Of a DNA stretch of 64,000 nucleotides, positions 8,622 through 16,787 are shown piece by piece. Position numbers and translations under genes: made by a program. This DNA comes from Myxococcales bacterium (lineage in GTDB: Bacteria > Myxococcota_A > UBA9160 > UBA4427): the NCBI GenBank assembly GCA_014240165.1, contig JAAZXM010000006.1:54708-118707 (forward strand), read 5' to 3'. How positions within the stretch are numbered: position 1 is the first letter of the stretch; the number at the start of each line of letters is the position of its first letter. A model generated the notes under the pieces. It saw nothing but the letters and a program-made list of their open reading frames with translations, ran no database searches and was not told where the DNA came from.

Positions 8622-10073
8622 TTGAGTTCGAAAGTATTGATCGTTGATGACGAAGATCTGATCTGCAGCATGCTGGATCGCGTCCTCCGCCTCGAAGGTT
8701 ACGAAGTCGAAACCTCGACCAAGCCGGAGGAGGGGTTGAACCTGCTCAAGCAGACCGCCTACGACGTCCTGCTGACCGACCTCCACATGAGCGGGATGAA
8801 CGGGCTGGAACTGCTCGGACGGGCTCGAAGAATCCAGCCCGCATGCGATGTCGTGATGATGACTGGCTATGCCTCGGTCGAAACCGCCAAAGAGGCGATC
8901 AAGCTCGGAGCCATCGACTACATCACAAAACCCCTGGACATCGAGGGTGAGCTCAAGCCCCTGCTCTCGAGCATCATGAACTCGGAAGCCGACCAGGACG
9001 AGCCCGGGGAAGACCTCGAGGATCCCCGCACCCAGGATGCCTGGGGCGATTTCGTTGGGCGGGGCGAGGCCACTCTGGGGCTTCTGAAAAAAGTGACGAA
9101 GGTCGCCCACTCGGATGTCCCGGTTCTGCTCCAGGGTCAATCCGGCACGGGCAAGGAAATGGTATCGGGGCTTCTCCACAAGCTCTCGCGACGCTCGGAG
9201 CGCCCCTTCATCAAGGTCAACTGCGCCGCCCTGCCCGAGACTCTTCTCGAGAGCGAACTTTTTGGACACACCAAGGGTTCCTTTACGGGCGCGACCAGCG
9301 ACCGGGACGGGCTCTTCAAGGCGGCCGATGGGGGAACCCTTCTCCTCGACGAAATCGGCGAGATCTCCCTGACCTTCCAGCCCAAACTCCTACGCGTGCT
9401 GCAAGACGGCGAATTCCACCGAGTGGGCGATGCCCAGCGGGCGGTCAAAGTCAACGTTCGCATCATCGCCGCGACCAACCGCGATCTCGTCAAGGCGGTT
9501 CGCACGGGCGATTTCCGGGAAGATCTCTACTACCGCTTGAACGTTGTCCCCCTCGAGATCCCGCCCCTCCGTGAACGCATCGATGACCTCGAGGATCTCC
9601 TCGAGCACTTCATCGCCCAGGCGGCGCGCAAACATGTCGGCTACCCGAAGGTTCAGTTTTCTGAAGAGATCGTCCGCGTCTTGAACCGCTACCCCTGGCC
9701 GGGAAATATCCGGGAGCTGGCGAATGCCGTGGAGAGCGCCACCGTGCTGGCCGAGGGAACCCAAGTGCGCCTCGCGGATCTTCCCCTGGCCATTCAGGAC
9801 TTCGCTCGAAGCCTGGGCGAGGAAGTAGGCTCAAACGACGACATGCCCCTGGGCGCAACGCCTGCAGAGACCCTGGAAGAGATCGAGATGCGCTGCATCA
9901 TCCAATCGATGGTCAAGACCGGCTTCAACCGAACACGTTCCGCCGACCTTCTCGGCGTCACCCGTCGCACACTCAGCTACCGGATCAATAAATACGATCT
10001 GGAGGACGAACTCGCTCGCCTCCAGGAGGCCAACGAGAAGGAATCCCAGGCGCCGGAAAATACGGCGAACTGA
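8622..10073 (+). CDS. Sigma-54-dependent response regulator (NtrC family enhancer-binding protein)
   Basis: Receiver domain (KVLIVDDE...LLTDLHMSGMNG). AAA+ domain with GQSGTGKE and GSFTGA (a GAFTGA variant). C-terminal HTH LLGVTRRTLSYRINKY. TTG start. Confidence 0.9.
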   Translation: MSSKVLIVDDEDLICSMLDRVLRLEGYEVETSTKPEEGLNLLKQTAYDVLLTDLHMSGMNGLELLGRARRIQPACDVVMMTGYASVETAKEAIKLGAIDYITKPLDIEGELKPLLSSIMNSEADQDEPGEDLEDPRTQDAWGDFVGRGEATLGLLKKVTKVAHSDVPVLLQGQSGTGKEMVSGLLHKLSRRSERPFIKVNCAALPETLLESELFGHTKGSFTGATSDRDGLFKAADGGTLLLDEIGEISLTFQPKLLRVLQDGEFHRVGDAQRAVKVNVRIIAATNRDLVKAVRTGDFREDLYYRLNVVPLEIPPLRERIDDLEDLLEHFIAQAARKHVGYPKVQFSEEIVRVLNRYPWPGNIRELANAVESATVLAEGTQVRLADLPLAIQDFARSLGEEVGSNDDMPLGATPAETLEEIEMRCIIQSMVKTGFNRTRSADLLGVTRRTLSYRINKYDLEDELARLQEANEKESQAPENTAN

Positions 10074-10079
10074 GCGCGC

Positions 10080-10862
10080 CTAGAGCGCTCCGTAGACCCG
10101 ATGGGTCTGAGGGATGAGGCGAACCTCTGCGACTTGATCTTCGCAGCGCCGCAGGTGCTCGAGCAGAGCCTTCGCAGAAGGCCGTTCGCGAACGCGACCG
10201 TGGGGGGTCACGGGCTGGAGGATCAGGGGGATGTCGGGAGCGATGCTTGCGATCCCGCGGCAGACCTCGGCCAATTCCTCAGCTGTCGAGTTTTGAGTGA
10301 TCACCACCTTGACGCTGGCGGGGAGAGCACTCTCCCGAATTCTCTCCAGGAAGGCCCGGTGCCCAGTCTGAAAGTCGGGGCCGACAGCGCTGCTTTCCGC
10401 CCAGCGAACATCGCTCTCGAGCTTCCAATCCATGGAGACGTAGTCGATCTCGTCGATGACTTCGTTCAACGCCTCGACGGCGAGCCCGTGGGTTTCGATG
10501 GCCACCTTGAGCCCGAGTTCATGGCCGATCCTCGCGGCGGCGACCACCCCCGGAGGTTGAAGCAACGGCTCACCTCCGGTCAGACTCAGGAGACTTCCCG
10601 GCCGGGGGGCCAGGGCTTCGATCGCGCGACGAAGCCGCCCAACCGAGGTCGGGTTGGGCTCTGATTCGAACTCTCCACTACCCGGATCGACTTCGAATCG
10701 ACACTGGCGAGCGGCCTTCCAGGTCTCGGGTGAGTCACACCACCCGCAACGCAGGTCGCAGGCCCCGAAACGCACGAACACCGTCGAGCGGCCCACCTGG
10801 GGCCCCTCGCCCTGGGCCGACCAGAAGACCTCGACCAGGTTGAGTTCAACCTCAGCCCGCAT
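10080..10862 (-). CDS. queE: 7-carboxy-7-deazaguanine synthase (radical SAM)
   Basis: FWSAQGEGPQVGRSTVFVRFGACDLRCGWCDS radical-SAM/QueE signature. Confidence 0.85.
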   Translation of the reverse strand: MRAEVELNLVEVFWSAQGEGPQVGRSTVFVRFGACDLRCGWCDSPETWKAARQCRFEVDPGSGEFESEPNPTSVGRLRRAIEALAPRPGSLLSLTGGEPLLQPPGVVAAARIGHELGLKVAIETHGLAVEALNEVIDEIDYVSMDWKLESDVRWAESSAVGPDFQTGHRAFLERIRESALPASVKVVITQNSTAEELAEVCRGIASIAPDIPLILQPVTPHGRVRERPSAKALLEHLRRCEDQVAEVRLIPQTHRVYGAL

Positions 10863-10867
10863 CGCGA

Positions 10868-13696
10868 CTACCGTTCGAGAATCGATCGACCCATGGCGAT
10901 CTCCCCAGTCACCTCGTCCAGACGGTCGGGATGGCGGTCCAATCCCGACACCCGAAAACGGGCAACATGGTCGTCATCGGGGAGCGCTTCCACCCAGTCG
11001 AGTTTTTCCGCCAGGTGTTCGGCCAGCGCCGCAAAGTCCAGCGTGCGGCGACCACCCGACTCCTCTCCCGAGAAGACGAAAAGGTCCGAGCCCTCCTGAT
11101 AACCAAGAGAGAGTTGCGCGCCGTAGCGCTCCCGCGCCACCCGAGCGGCGAGTTGGACATCGAAGCCCTCGGAGGCCTTCACCACGACCATGGAATAACC
11201 CGCAAAGTGAATGACCTTGAAATCCCGGGCCGCAATAAAAGCCACTTCGCCGGGAATCTCGGGGGGATCAACGAGAGCAGCCTCCTTGGCGAGATCACTC
11301 GGGCGTCCCGCCAGGAGCGGCTCGATATCCGAGCGGACATCACCCGATTTCTTCGCGATCTCTCCAAGCCTCCACCACCACACGCGACCCCAGCGCTCGT
11401 AGTCGTGCTCGGTGAAACGTCCGCAGGCCAGGTCTACCAACTTGTCGGAAAACCGACTTCGCCGGGTGCTGGTGGCCAGAACCAGGGGCAGGGTCGACCC
11501 CGCCCCGGGAGCATGATGCACCGCCTCTTCTCCGATGGCCTGGCGCAGGGCAAAGACATCTTCGGGCGGCCATTCGTGATGGTCATACCAGGTGAGCCTG
11601 TCCCGGTAGAGCGCCGCGGCCTGCAAAACCTCGGCTGCGGGCGAAGGAATGAAACCGACCATGTGAATCGGCACATCTTCCTCGATATCGGGCATCACCT
11701 CGCGAAAGAAGTTCATCAACTCGGCCTGCTTGTAGACCCAAACCCCTTCGAGCAAACGCACATCCCGCGCCAACAGAATCGCCGTGGTCACCGCATCGCG
11801 GTCTGCCGCTGCGACGATCACCGCTCGTCGTCTCGGCGGCCGAGGCGGCTCCACCGCTACGGGCAATTCGGCCACTTCGGATTTGCGGGCGGCACGACGG
11901 GCATCCCGGTCGCGCTGGCGATCCCGGTCCTCACCATCTCCGCTCTCTTCGAGATCCTCGGCCTGGTATCCGGCTTCCTTGTTTGCCTGAAGAGTCGGCA
12001 AATCCTCGGGAATCTCCGAAAGAACCTCGGTCAGATCCTCGCCGAACTCTTCCGACTCCGCCGATTCGTCTTGGGCGTTATCGAGATTGGCTGACTTCGC
12101 CCGGGACGGATCGGGGCGACTGCTTTCAGCCCCATCCTTATCCGGCGCATCCCTCCCCTCGCGTCGCCCTTCGCTCCTTCGACGACCACGCTGACGCGAG
12201 CGCCCTCGGCGACGTCCCCCACTCGATTCATCCTTGCCTTCCGTCTCGTCGAGGTCGAAAAGCGAAACCTCATCGAAGGCCGGACGTTCCTCGGTCGCGG
12301 ACGGAGCGGAACGCTTCTCATCCCCGGTCTCGGCGGCGTCTCGTCCTCGGCCGCGGCGACGGCTTCTCCGCCTCCCGGAATCGCTCCCGCCCGATGCTTC
12401 CTCAGCCCGCTCTTCCGGCTTTCCCGCCTCGCTCTCTGCGGCGCGCCCTCGCCCTTCGCCACGAGGCGGTCGGCCACCCGAGCGCCGGCGCCGGGAGGAC
12501 GCGTCCCGCCGGGACTTGGCCGCCTCTTCCGCGCCGATCGAGTTCAGAGTGACCGACTGGTCCCGCCCGGTGTGGATCTCATAGAGTTCGTGCGCCGCCG
12601 CCAGGGCCGAGACCGCCCGCAAGGCGGCCGGGGAGAACTCCTTCGCAGCCAGGATCAAATGCGGCGTTTCCAACCGGACCGGCGCCAATGCATTCGCAAA
12701 GAGAGCGGGCATCGCCAATCGGAGTTTCTGGACCCCGTCGAGAAATTTCCCCAACGCGGCCAGGTCGAATGTCTTGCGACCCACCACCGCCACCGGGTGG
12801 CCATCGCTCCGCAGGGCCGCCAGATCGACGGTCTCCCGATCCGCACCCCCCAAGGGCCATGCCCAGGAGTTACGCAATTCGGCCTCCCCCACCATGGCCT
12901 CTGCAACTTTTGTCCGCAGGGCTTCCTCGCTGCCGCGTACTTTCTTGTCATTCAGGCGGCGGCGAATCTGCCCTTCGAGGTCATCCAGGCCAGCCGCAAG
13001 GGCCCCTGGCTCAAGCGGAGTCCTCCGCCGCTGTCCCTCCAGCACGTTGAGAGCCGAGCCACCATCCTCCGCTCGCAACTCCGCGACCCGCTGGGCGAGG
13101 ACCACCAATTCGATGCTCTGGCCCACAGCCCGAATCGACCCACCATGTTTTGCCGCCAGCCCATCGAGACCCCGGGTGGCGCGATCGAAGAGCGCTCTCT
13201 CCGCGGGATCCTTGAGCCCCATGGCCACGGACTCGATCCGCAAGCCCCCCGGCTCGAGATCCGCTTCGGCCTCGACATTCTCTCCGCCGGTCCGCAAACC
13301 CTCAGCGGACACGGTCCGAAGCTCGAAGGGCAACTCTGCGCGCACCAGACCCAGCCGCCGCCGAGCCACGAGAGACCAGACCGGGGCGACAGCGAAGACC
13401 GTCCCCTTGAAGGACTCCTCCGCCGATAGGCGCATGCCCACGGCAAGAGCAGCCAGCAGCGCATCCTCGGCGCGGATCGGCGAAAAAGCGACAATCGCCG
13501 GATCCCCAGAGCTTGTTTCTCCCCGCCCCAAAGCAGCCAATCGATCGGAAACGCCTTCTTCCTCGATGACCTCCAACTTCGAAACCGGCAGTACGCCCGC
13601 CTCTTCAACTCGGCCCAGCCAGCGTGCGGCGTCGATGGATTCGGCGCCTCGCCTTCCGCTTTCGCCGCGTCGCTTGCGCGAAAAACGTCTCATCAT
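10868..13696 (-). CDS. Large orphan protein: unknown N-terminal region, Arg/Glu-rich disordered centre, degenerate DHH-like C-terminal domain
   Basis: Long ORF 10868..13747. The first ATG pair at 13696/13693 is preceded by AAGGGA. The centre is low complexity (RRRRSGGRPPRGEGRGR...RRRGRSRQRGRRRSEGR...). The C-terminus has VIVAAADRDAVTTA and WYDHHEW (DHH-like). Confidence 0.7.
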   Translation of the reverse strand: MMRRFSRKRRGESGRRGAESIDAARWLGRVEEAGVLPVSKLEVIEEEGVSDRLAALGRGETSSGDPAIVAFSPIRAEDALLAALAVGMRLSAEESFKGTVFAVAPVWSLVARRRLGLVRAELPFELRTVSAEGLRTGGENVEAEADLEPGGLRIESVAMGLKDPAERALFDRATRGLDGLAAKHGGSIRAVGQSIELVVLAQRVAELRAEDGGSALNVLEGQRRRTPLEPGALAAGLDDLEGQIRRRLNDKKVRGSEEALRTKVAEAMVGEAELRNSWAWPLGGADRETVDLAALRSDGHPVAVVGRKTFDLAALGKFLDGVQKLRLAMPALFANALAPVRLETPHLILAAKEFSPAALRAVSALAAAHELYEIHTGRDQSVTLNSIGAEEAAKSRRDASSRRRRSGGRPPRGEGRGRAAESEAGKPEERAEEASGGSDSGRRRSRRRGRGRDAAETGDEKRSAPSATEERPAFDEVSLFDLDETEGKDESSGGRRRGRSRQRGRRRSEGRREGRDAPDKDGAESSRPDPSRAKSANLDNAQDESAESEEFGEDLTEVLSEIPEDLPTLQANKEAGYQAEDLEESGDGEDRDRQRDRDARRAARKSEVAELPVAVEPPRPPRRRAVIVAAADRDAVTTAILLARDVRLLEGVWVYKQAELMNFFREVMPDIEEDVPIHMVGFIPSPAAEVLQAAALYRDRLTWYDHHEWPPEDVFALRQAIGEEAVHHAPGAGSTLPLVLATSTRRSRFSDKLVDLACGRFTEHDYERWGRVWWWRLGEIAKKSGDVRSDIEPLLAGRPSDLAKEAALVDPPEIPGEVAFIAARDFKVIHFAGYSMVVVKASEGFDVQLAARVARERYGAQLSLGYQEGSDLFVFSGEESGGRRTLDFAALAEHLAEKLDWVEALPDDDHVARFRVSGLDRHPDRLDEVTGEIAMGRSILER

Positions 13697-13823
13697 CTCT
13701 TGATCCCTTCGCTTCGTCGGGCGGTTCTCGGCAAGTACTCTCGACACCCGGCATGCAACCCATGCAATACCAAGACGGAGAACAGGTTCTTCCCGGTTTC
13801 ACCCCAACGTATGAGTGCTTTCA

Positions 13824-15029
13824 TCAATCATCGGCCTCGCCGGGAGCCGATCCAGCGCTCCCATCCCCTCCTGCGAGACCCCCCTCCAAGTCCTGCTCCA
13901 CCGCATTGGCCACGGTGTTTACAAGCGCATCCAGTACCGGCCCGCCCTCGACCTCTTCCCCCCTCAAACCATCAGCCGTAGACAGACACGCGCTGGCCAG
14001 ATCCTCGCGACCATCGCGCCAATAAAGATAGGCGGTCTCCTCGAAGCGCTCCGCATTCGCGGCCGCAGCTTCCGAGGTCTGAAAAAGTGAACGCACCTCG
14101 TCTTGGGCGCGGGCTTTCCGAGCGCTCGGATCGGCTTCGGGACCGCCGAATTCATCGCGAAGCAGGGCGACGGCCTTCTCCAAGGCCGAGGGTCCGGGCG
14201 GCCAGGGGCCGAGTCGGCCCTCCACCACCTCTGCGGCCAGGGCATCCAATGCCGCGGCTTCGGACTGCGCACCCAGTTGACTCCGCACCTCGTCGCCGGG
14301 TGTGCGCCCTTCATCCCCGGGCAACCCCAACTTGCCGCGCCACTCCGAGAAGGTCTTGGGAAGTGGCCGATCCGCGGGATGGGCAGCCAGTCGACGCCCG
14401 ATCAGGGCGCGCACGCTGTCGGGATCCGCATCGACGGCGGGAAAGCGTGAACGCTGCTTCAGGTCGCGGATGAAGGCCCCCACCTGTCGTCGGCCCGCAC
14501 GATAGACTTGAAAGTCGACGATCCCCCGATCCCCATCGAGAAGCGCCTCGAAAACCCGAGCGCCCCCGCTCGGACTCGACTCCACCAGGTAGACCAGACG
14601 GCCTCCCCGAGGATCGTAGGGGGAGACATGGCCGGTCGAGATCTTTTCGTTCAGGTCCGGCAAGCGGGACACCTTGGGCTTGGTGTCCGCCGACACCACC
14701 GAGGTCACCCCGCGCGAGCGGGCCTGGTGGATCAACCGGCGCAGGGCCTTGCGCCCGGTCTTGGGTAGACCCTCCAACGGGGTCTCGAGAACCAGCACGG
14801 CCCCGGCGTCATCCTCGAGCCAGGCCGTCGCCAACTCCGCCGCAGAATCGGGGTCGTGACCGAAGAGCCATGCGAGCACCCGACCCCCATCGCTGGGATT
14901 CAGCAACTCGAGCAATTGAAAGGGGTCGCCGTTGGCCGGGCGAATCTGATCGGCCTGATCCGGCAGAGCTTCGGCGGCGCTCTCAAGGCTTTCAGCGAGA
15001 CTCATCCCAACTCTCTCCGAGCGATTCAT
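13824..15029 (-). CDS. Hypothetical protein (no domain recognised)
   Basis: 401-codon ORF with GC-rich third positions. ATG at 15005 has the better Shine-Dalgarno sequence (GGAGAGAG), so the true start may be 15005. Confidence 0.6.
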   Translation of the reverse strand: MNRSERVGMSLAESLESAAEALPDQADQIRPANGDPFQLLELLNPSDGGRVLAWLFGHDPDSAAELATAWLEDDAGAVLVLETPLEGLPKTGRKALRRLIHQARSRGVTSVVSADTKPKVSRLPDLNEKISTGHVSPYDPRGGRLVYLVESSPSGGARVFEALLDGDRGIVDFQVYRAGRRQVGAFIRDLKQRSRFPAVDADPDSVRALIGRRLAAHPADRPLPKTFSEWRGKLGLPGDEGRTPGDEVRSQLGAQSEAAALDALAAEVVEGRLGPWPPGPSALEKAVALLRDEFGGPEADPSARKARAQDEVRSLFQTSEAAAANAERFEETAYLYWRDGREDLASACLSTADGLRGEEVEGGPVLDALVNTVANAVEQDLEGGLAGGDGSAGSAPGEADD

Positions 15030-15096
15030 TCAGGGGGCGTGCACGTCTTCCGGGCCATCGACCGTCAGCCCCCGCTCAGGAGCGTTCTGGCCCGAG

Positions 15097-15112
15097 GGGC
15101 ATCTGGATGCCC
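15097..15112. promoter_or_regulatory. Inverted repeat GGGCATC-TG-GATGCCC in the dgt / orphan-gene spacer
   Basis: 7-bp perfect arms with a 2-nt spacer, read directly. Lies about 70-90 nt upstream of the candidate starts of the 13824..15029 gene. Confidence 0.3.
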
Positions 15113-15232
15113 TGGACGCGAGTCCAAAGTGACACCACGGCGGGCCCAGAGGCCGCGCCGCGGCTGGCGGGATCTTAGTCGAGAAGGGCATCCCTGGCCC
15201 CCCAGTCCGGCCTCGCCCCAAACAAAACACCC

Positions 15233-16420
15233 TCAGGGATCGATTCCCGCCGCCGAATCCAGGTTTTTCTGGTGCTCCGCGAGGGCAAAACGGTCGGTCA
15301 TGCCCGCCACGTAGTCCGCGATGGCCCGCTCCTCGCCCTCTTCGCTGAAGCGCTCCCGGACCTCGGGGGGCAGCCGAGACGGGTCATCCGTGAAGAGCCT
15401 GAACAGGTCCTCCACCACGACCTCCGCCCGCTGAGTCCGGTCCAGAACCGCGGGGTGATTGTAAAAGTGATCGAATAGGAACGCTTTGATCTCCCGCCGA
15501 GCCCCGTCGACTTCGTCCGACAAGCCCACGACACGCCTCGCGTTGCGGCGAACCGCCTCCGGTGAATCGAGACCGTCGGCTTCGATCCGTCGGGTGCTGG
15601 TGGCGATCAGATCCGTCACCCAATGATCGATCATCGCCCGAACGATCCACGCCCGCTGGACACTCTCGGACGCCGAGGGTTGATTTTCCTGCACCTCCCC
15701 GACGAGATCTCGCAAAAGAGGAAGACTTTCGAGCATGCCGAAATGCAGAATCCCGGCGCGCAATCCATCATCGAGATCGTGGTTCAGATACGCGATCTCG
15801 TCCGAAGCGTCCGCCACCTGGCCCTCGAGGCTCCGCTGGTCGAGAAGTTCCGGAAGCCGGACAGGGTGGGTCCAATGACAGCCGTGCTTGAGGATTCCCT
15901 CGCGGGTCTCGTCGCTCAGGTTCAGACCGCGATATTCGACCTGCCGCTGCTCGAGGAGATCCACCACCCGCAGGCATTGCCGGTTGTGATCGAATCCGCC
16001 CGAAGACGAAAGCATCTCGGCCAAGACGCGCTCCCCAGCATGGCCAAAGGGCGTATGTCCCAGGTCATGGGCCAGGCCAATGGCCTCCGCCAGATCCTCG
16101 TTGAGTCCCAGCACCCGGGCAACGGTGCGCGTAATCTGCGCCCCTTCGAGGGTATGGGTCAGACGGTTTCGATAGTGATCCCCCTCGTGATGGACAAATA
16201 CCTGGGTCTTGTATTGGAGGCGCCGAAAAGCCCGGGAGTGAACCACTCGGTCTCGATCACGCTGAAAAGCCGTGCGAAAAGGATGCTCCTCTTCCGCATG
16301 AAGGCGACCGCGGGAGGATGCGCTTCGGCTCGCTACCGGCGCCAGGGACCCACTCTCCCTCTCCTCCTGGACAACCCGGCTGCGATAGACCTCGGCTGGG
16401 CCGGGCCGAGCGGGAGTCAT
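15233..16420 (-). CDS. dgt: Deoxyguanosinetriphosphate triphosphohydrolase-like protein (HD domain, Dgt family)
   Basis: FQRDRDRVVHSRAFRRLQYKTQVF, HYRNRLTHTLEGAQI and HDLGHTPFGHAGE. Start taken at ATG 16420, not 16768. Confidence 0.85.
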   Translation of the reverse strand: MTPARPGPAEVYRSRVVQEERESGSLAPVASRSASSRGRLHAEEEHPFRTAFQRDRDRVVHSRAFRRLQYKTQVFVHHEGDHYRNRLTHTLEGAQITRTVARVLGLNEDLAEAIGLAHDLGHTPFGHAGERVLAEMLSSSGGFDHNRQCLRVVDLLEQRQVEYRGLNLSDETREGILKHGCHWTHPVRLPELLDQRSLEGQVADASDEIAYLNHDLDDGLRAGILHFGMLESLPLLRDLVGEVQENQPSASESVQRAWIVRAMIDHWVTDLIATSTRRIEADGLDSPEAVRRNARRVVGLSDEVDGARREIKAFLFDHFYNHPAVLDRTQRAEVVVEDLFRLFTDDPSRLPPEVRERFSEEGEERAIADYVAGMTDRFALAEHQKNLDSAAGIDP

Positions 16421-16626
16421 CTCGAGGAATCCTCGGCGGAATCGGCCTCGCGCAGGATATCCCGCAGCGCTTGACGAGACTCCGGCCGAATCTGCTCGAC
16501 GTCGCCAGCGCCTCCGTCCACTTGGAGAGCCGGAGCTTCGTCCTCCAGGAGAACCAGACTCGAAGTCGCCCAGAGTCCGAAAACCGCAGCCACTGCGAGG
16601 AGAACCCAGAAACGCCAGCCGATCAT
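16417..16626 (-). CDS. Small single-pass membrane protein (69 aa)
   Basis: MIGWRFWVLLAVAAVFGLWATSS forms a TM helix. A GGGGGAGGGG sequence lies upstream. Its stop overlaps the dgt ATG (ATGA at 16417-16420). Confidence 0.5.
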   Translation of the reverse strand: MIGWRFWVLLAVAAVFGLWATSSLVLLEDEAPALQVDGGAGDVEQIRPESRQALRDILREADSAEDSSR

Positions 16627-16703
16627 CGCCCCTCCCCCAAGCCTTCGGAACAGTATCCCAACCCCGCCTCCACGCCCTTCTCCGGGAACCCGGGCTGGAC
16701 CCC

Positions 16704-16736
16704 CGACTCGCCGAAGGGCGAACGGGCGGCGAGTCG
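16704..16736. promoter_or_regulatory. Perfect 10-bp inverted repeat in a divergent promoter region
   Basis: CGACTCGCCG-N13-CGGCGAGTCG, between the small membrane gene (start 16626) and the aminotransferase (start 16788). Confidence 0.35.
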
Positions 16737-16787
16737 CCAAGCATCCGACTAAACGATGTTCTCCGCAAGCCGCGCTAGCCTCGGGCC

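Noticed and set aside
15030-15230. A 66-codon minus-strand ORF that exactly fills the dgt-orphan spacer (GTG start; stop directly abutting ATG 15029).
   Set aside because: GTG start with no Shine-Dalgarno sequence. The product is Gly/Pro/Arg/Cys-rich, and the downstream gene more likely starts at 15005. The exact fit is most simply a consequence of permissive start-codon rules. It would only be worth revisiting if Ribo-seq shows translation.
16421-16768. Upstream 116-codon extension of the dGTPase ORF.
   Set aside because: The translation is Arg/Ser/Gly-rich. A better-supported small membrane ORF occupies this region in another frame, and Dgt homology begins near the ATG at 16420.
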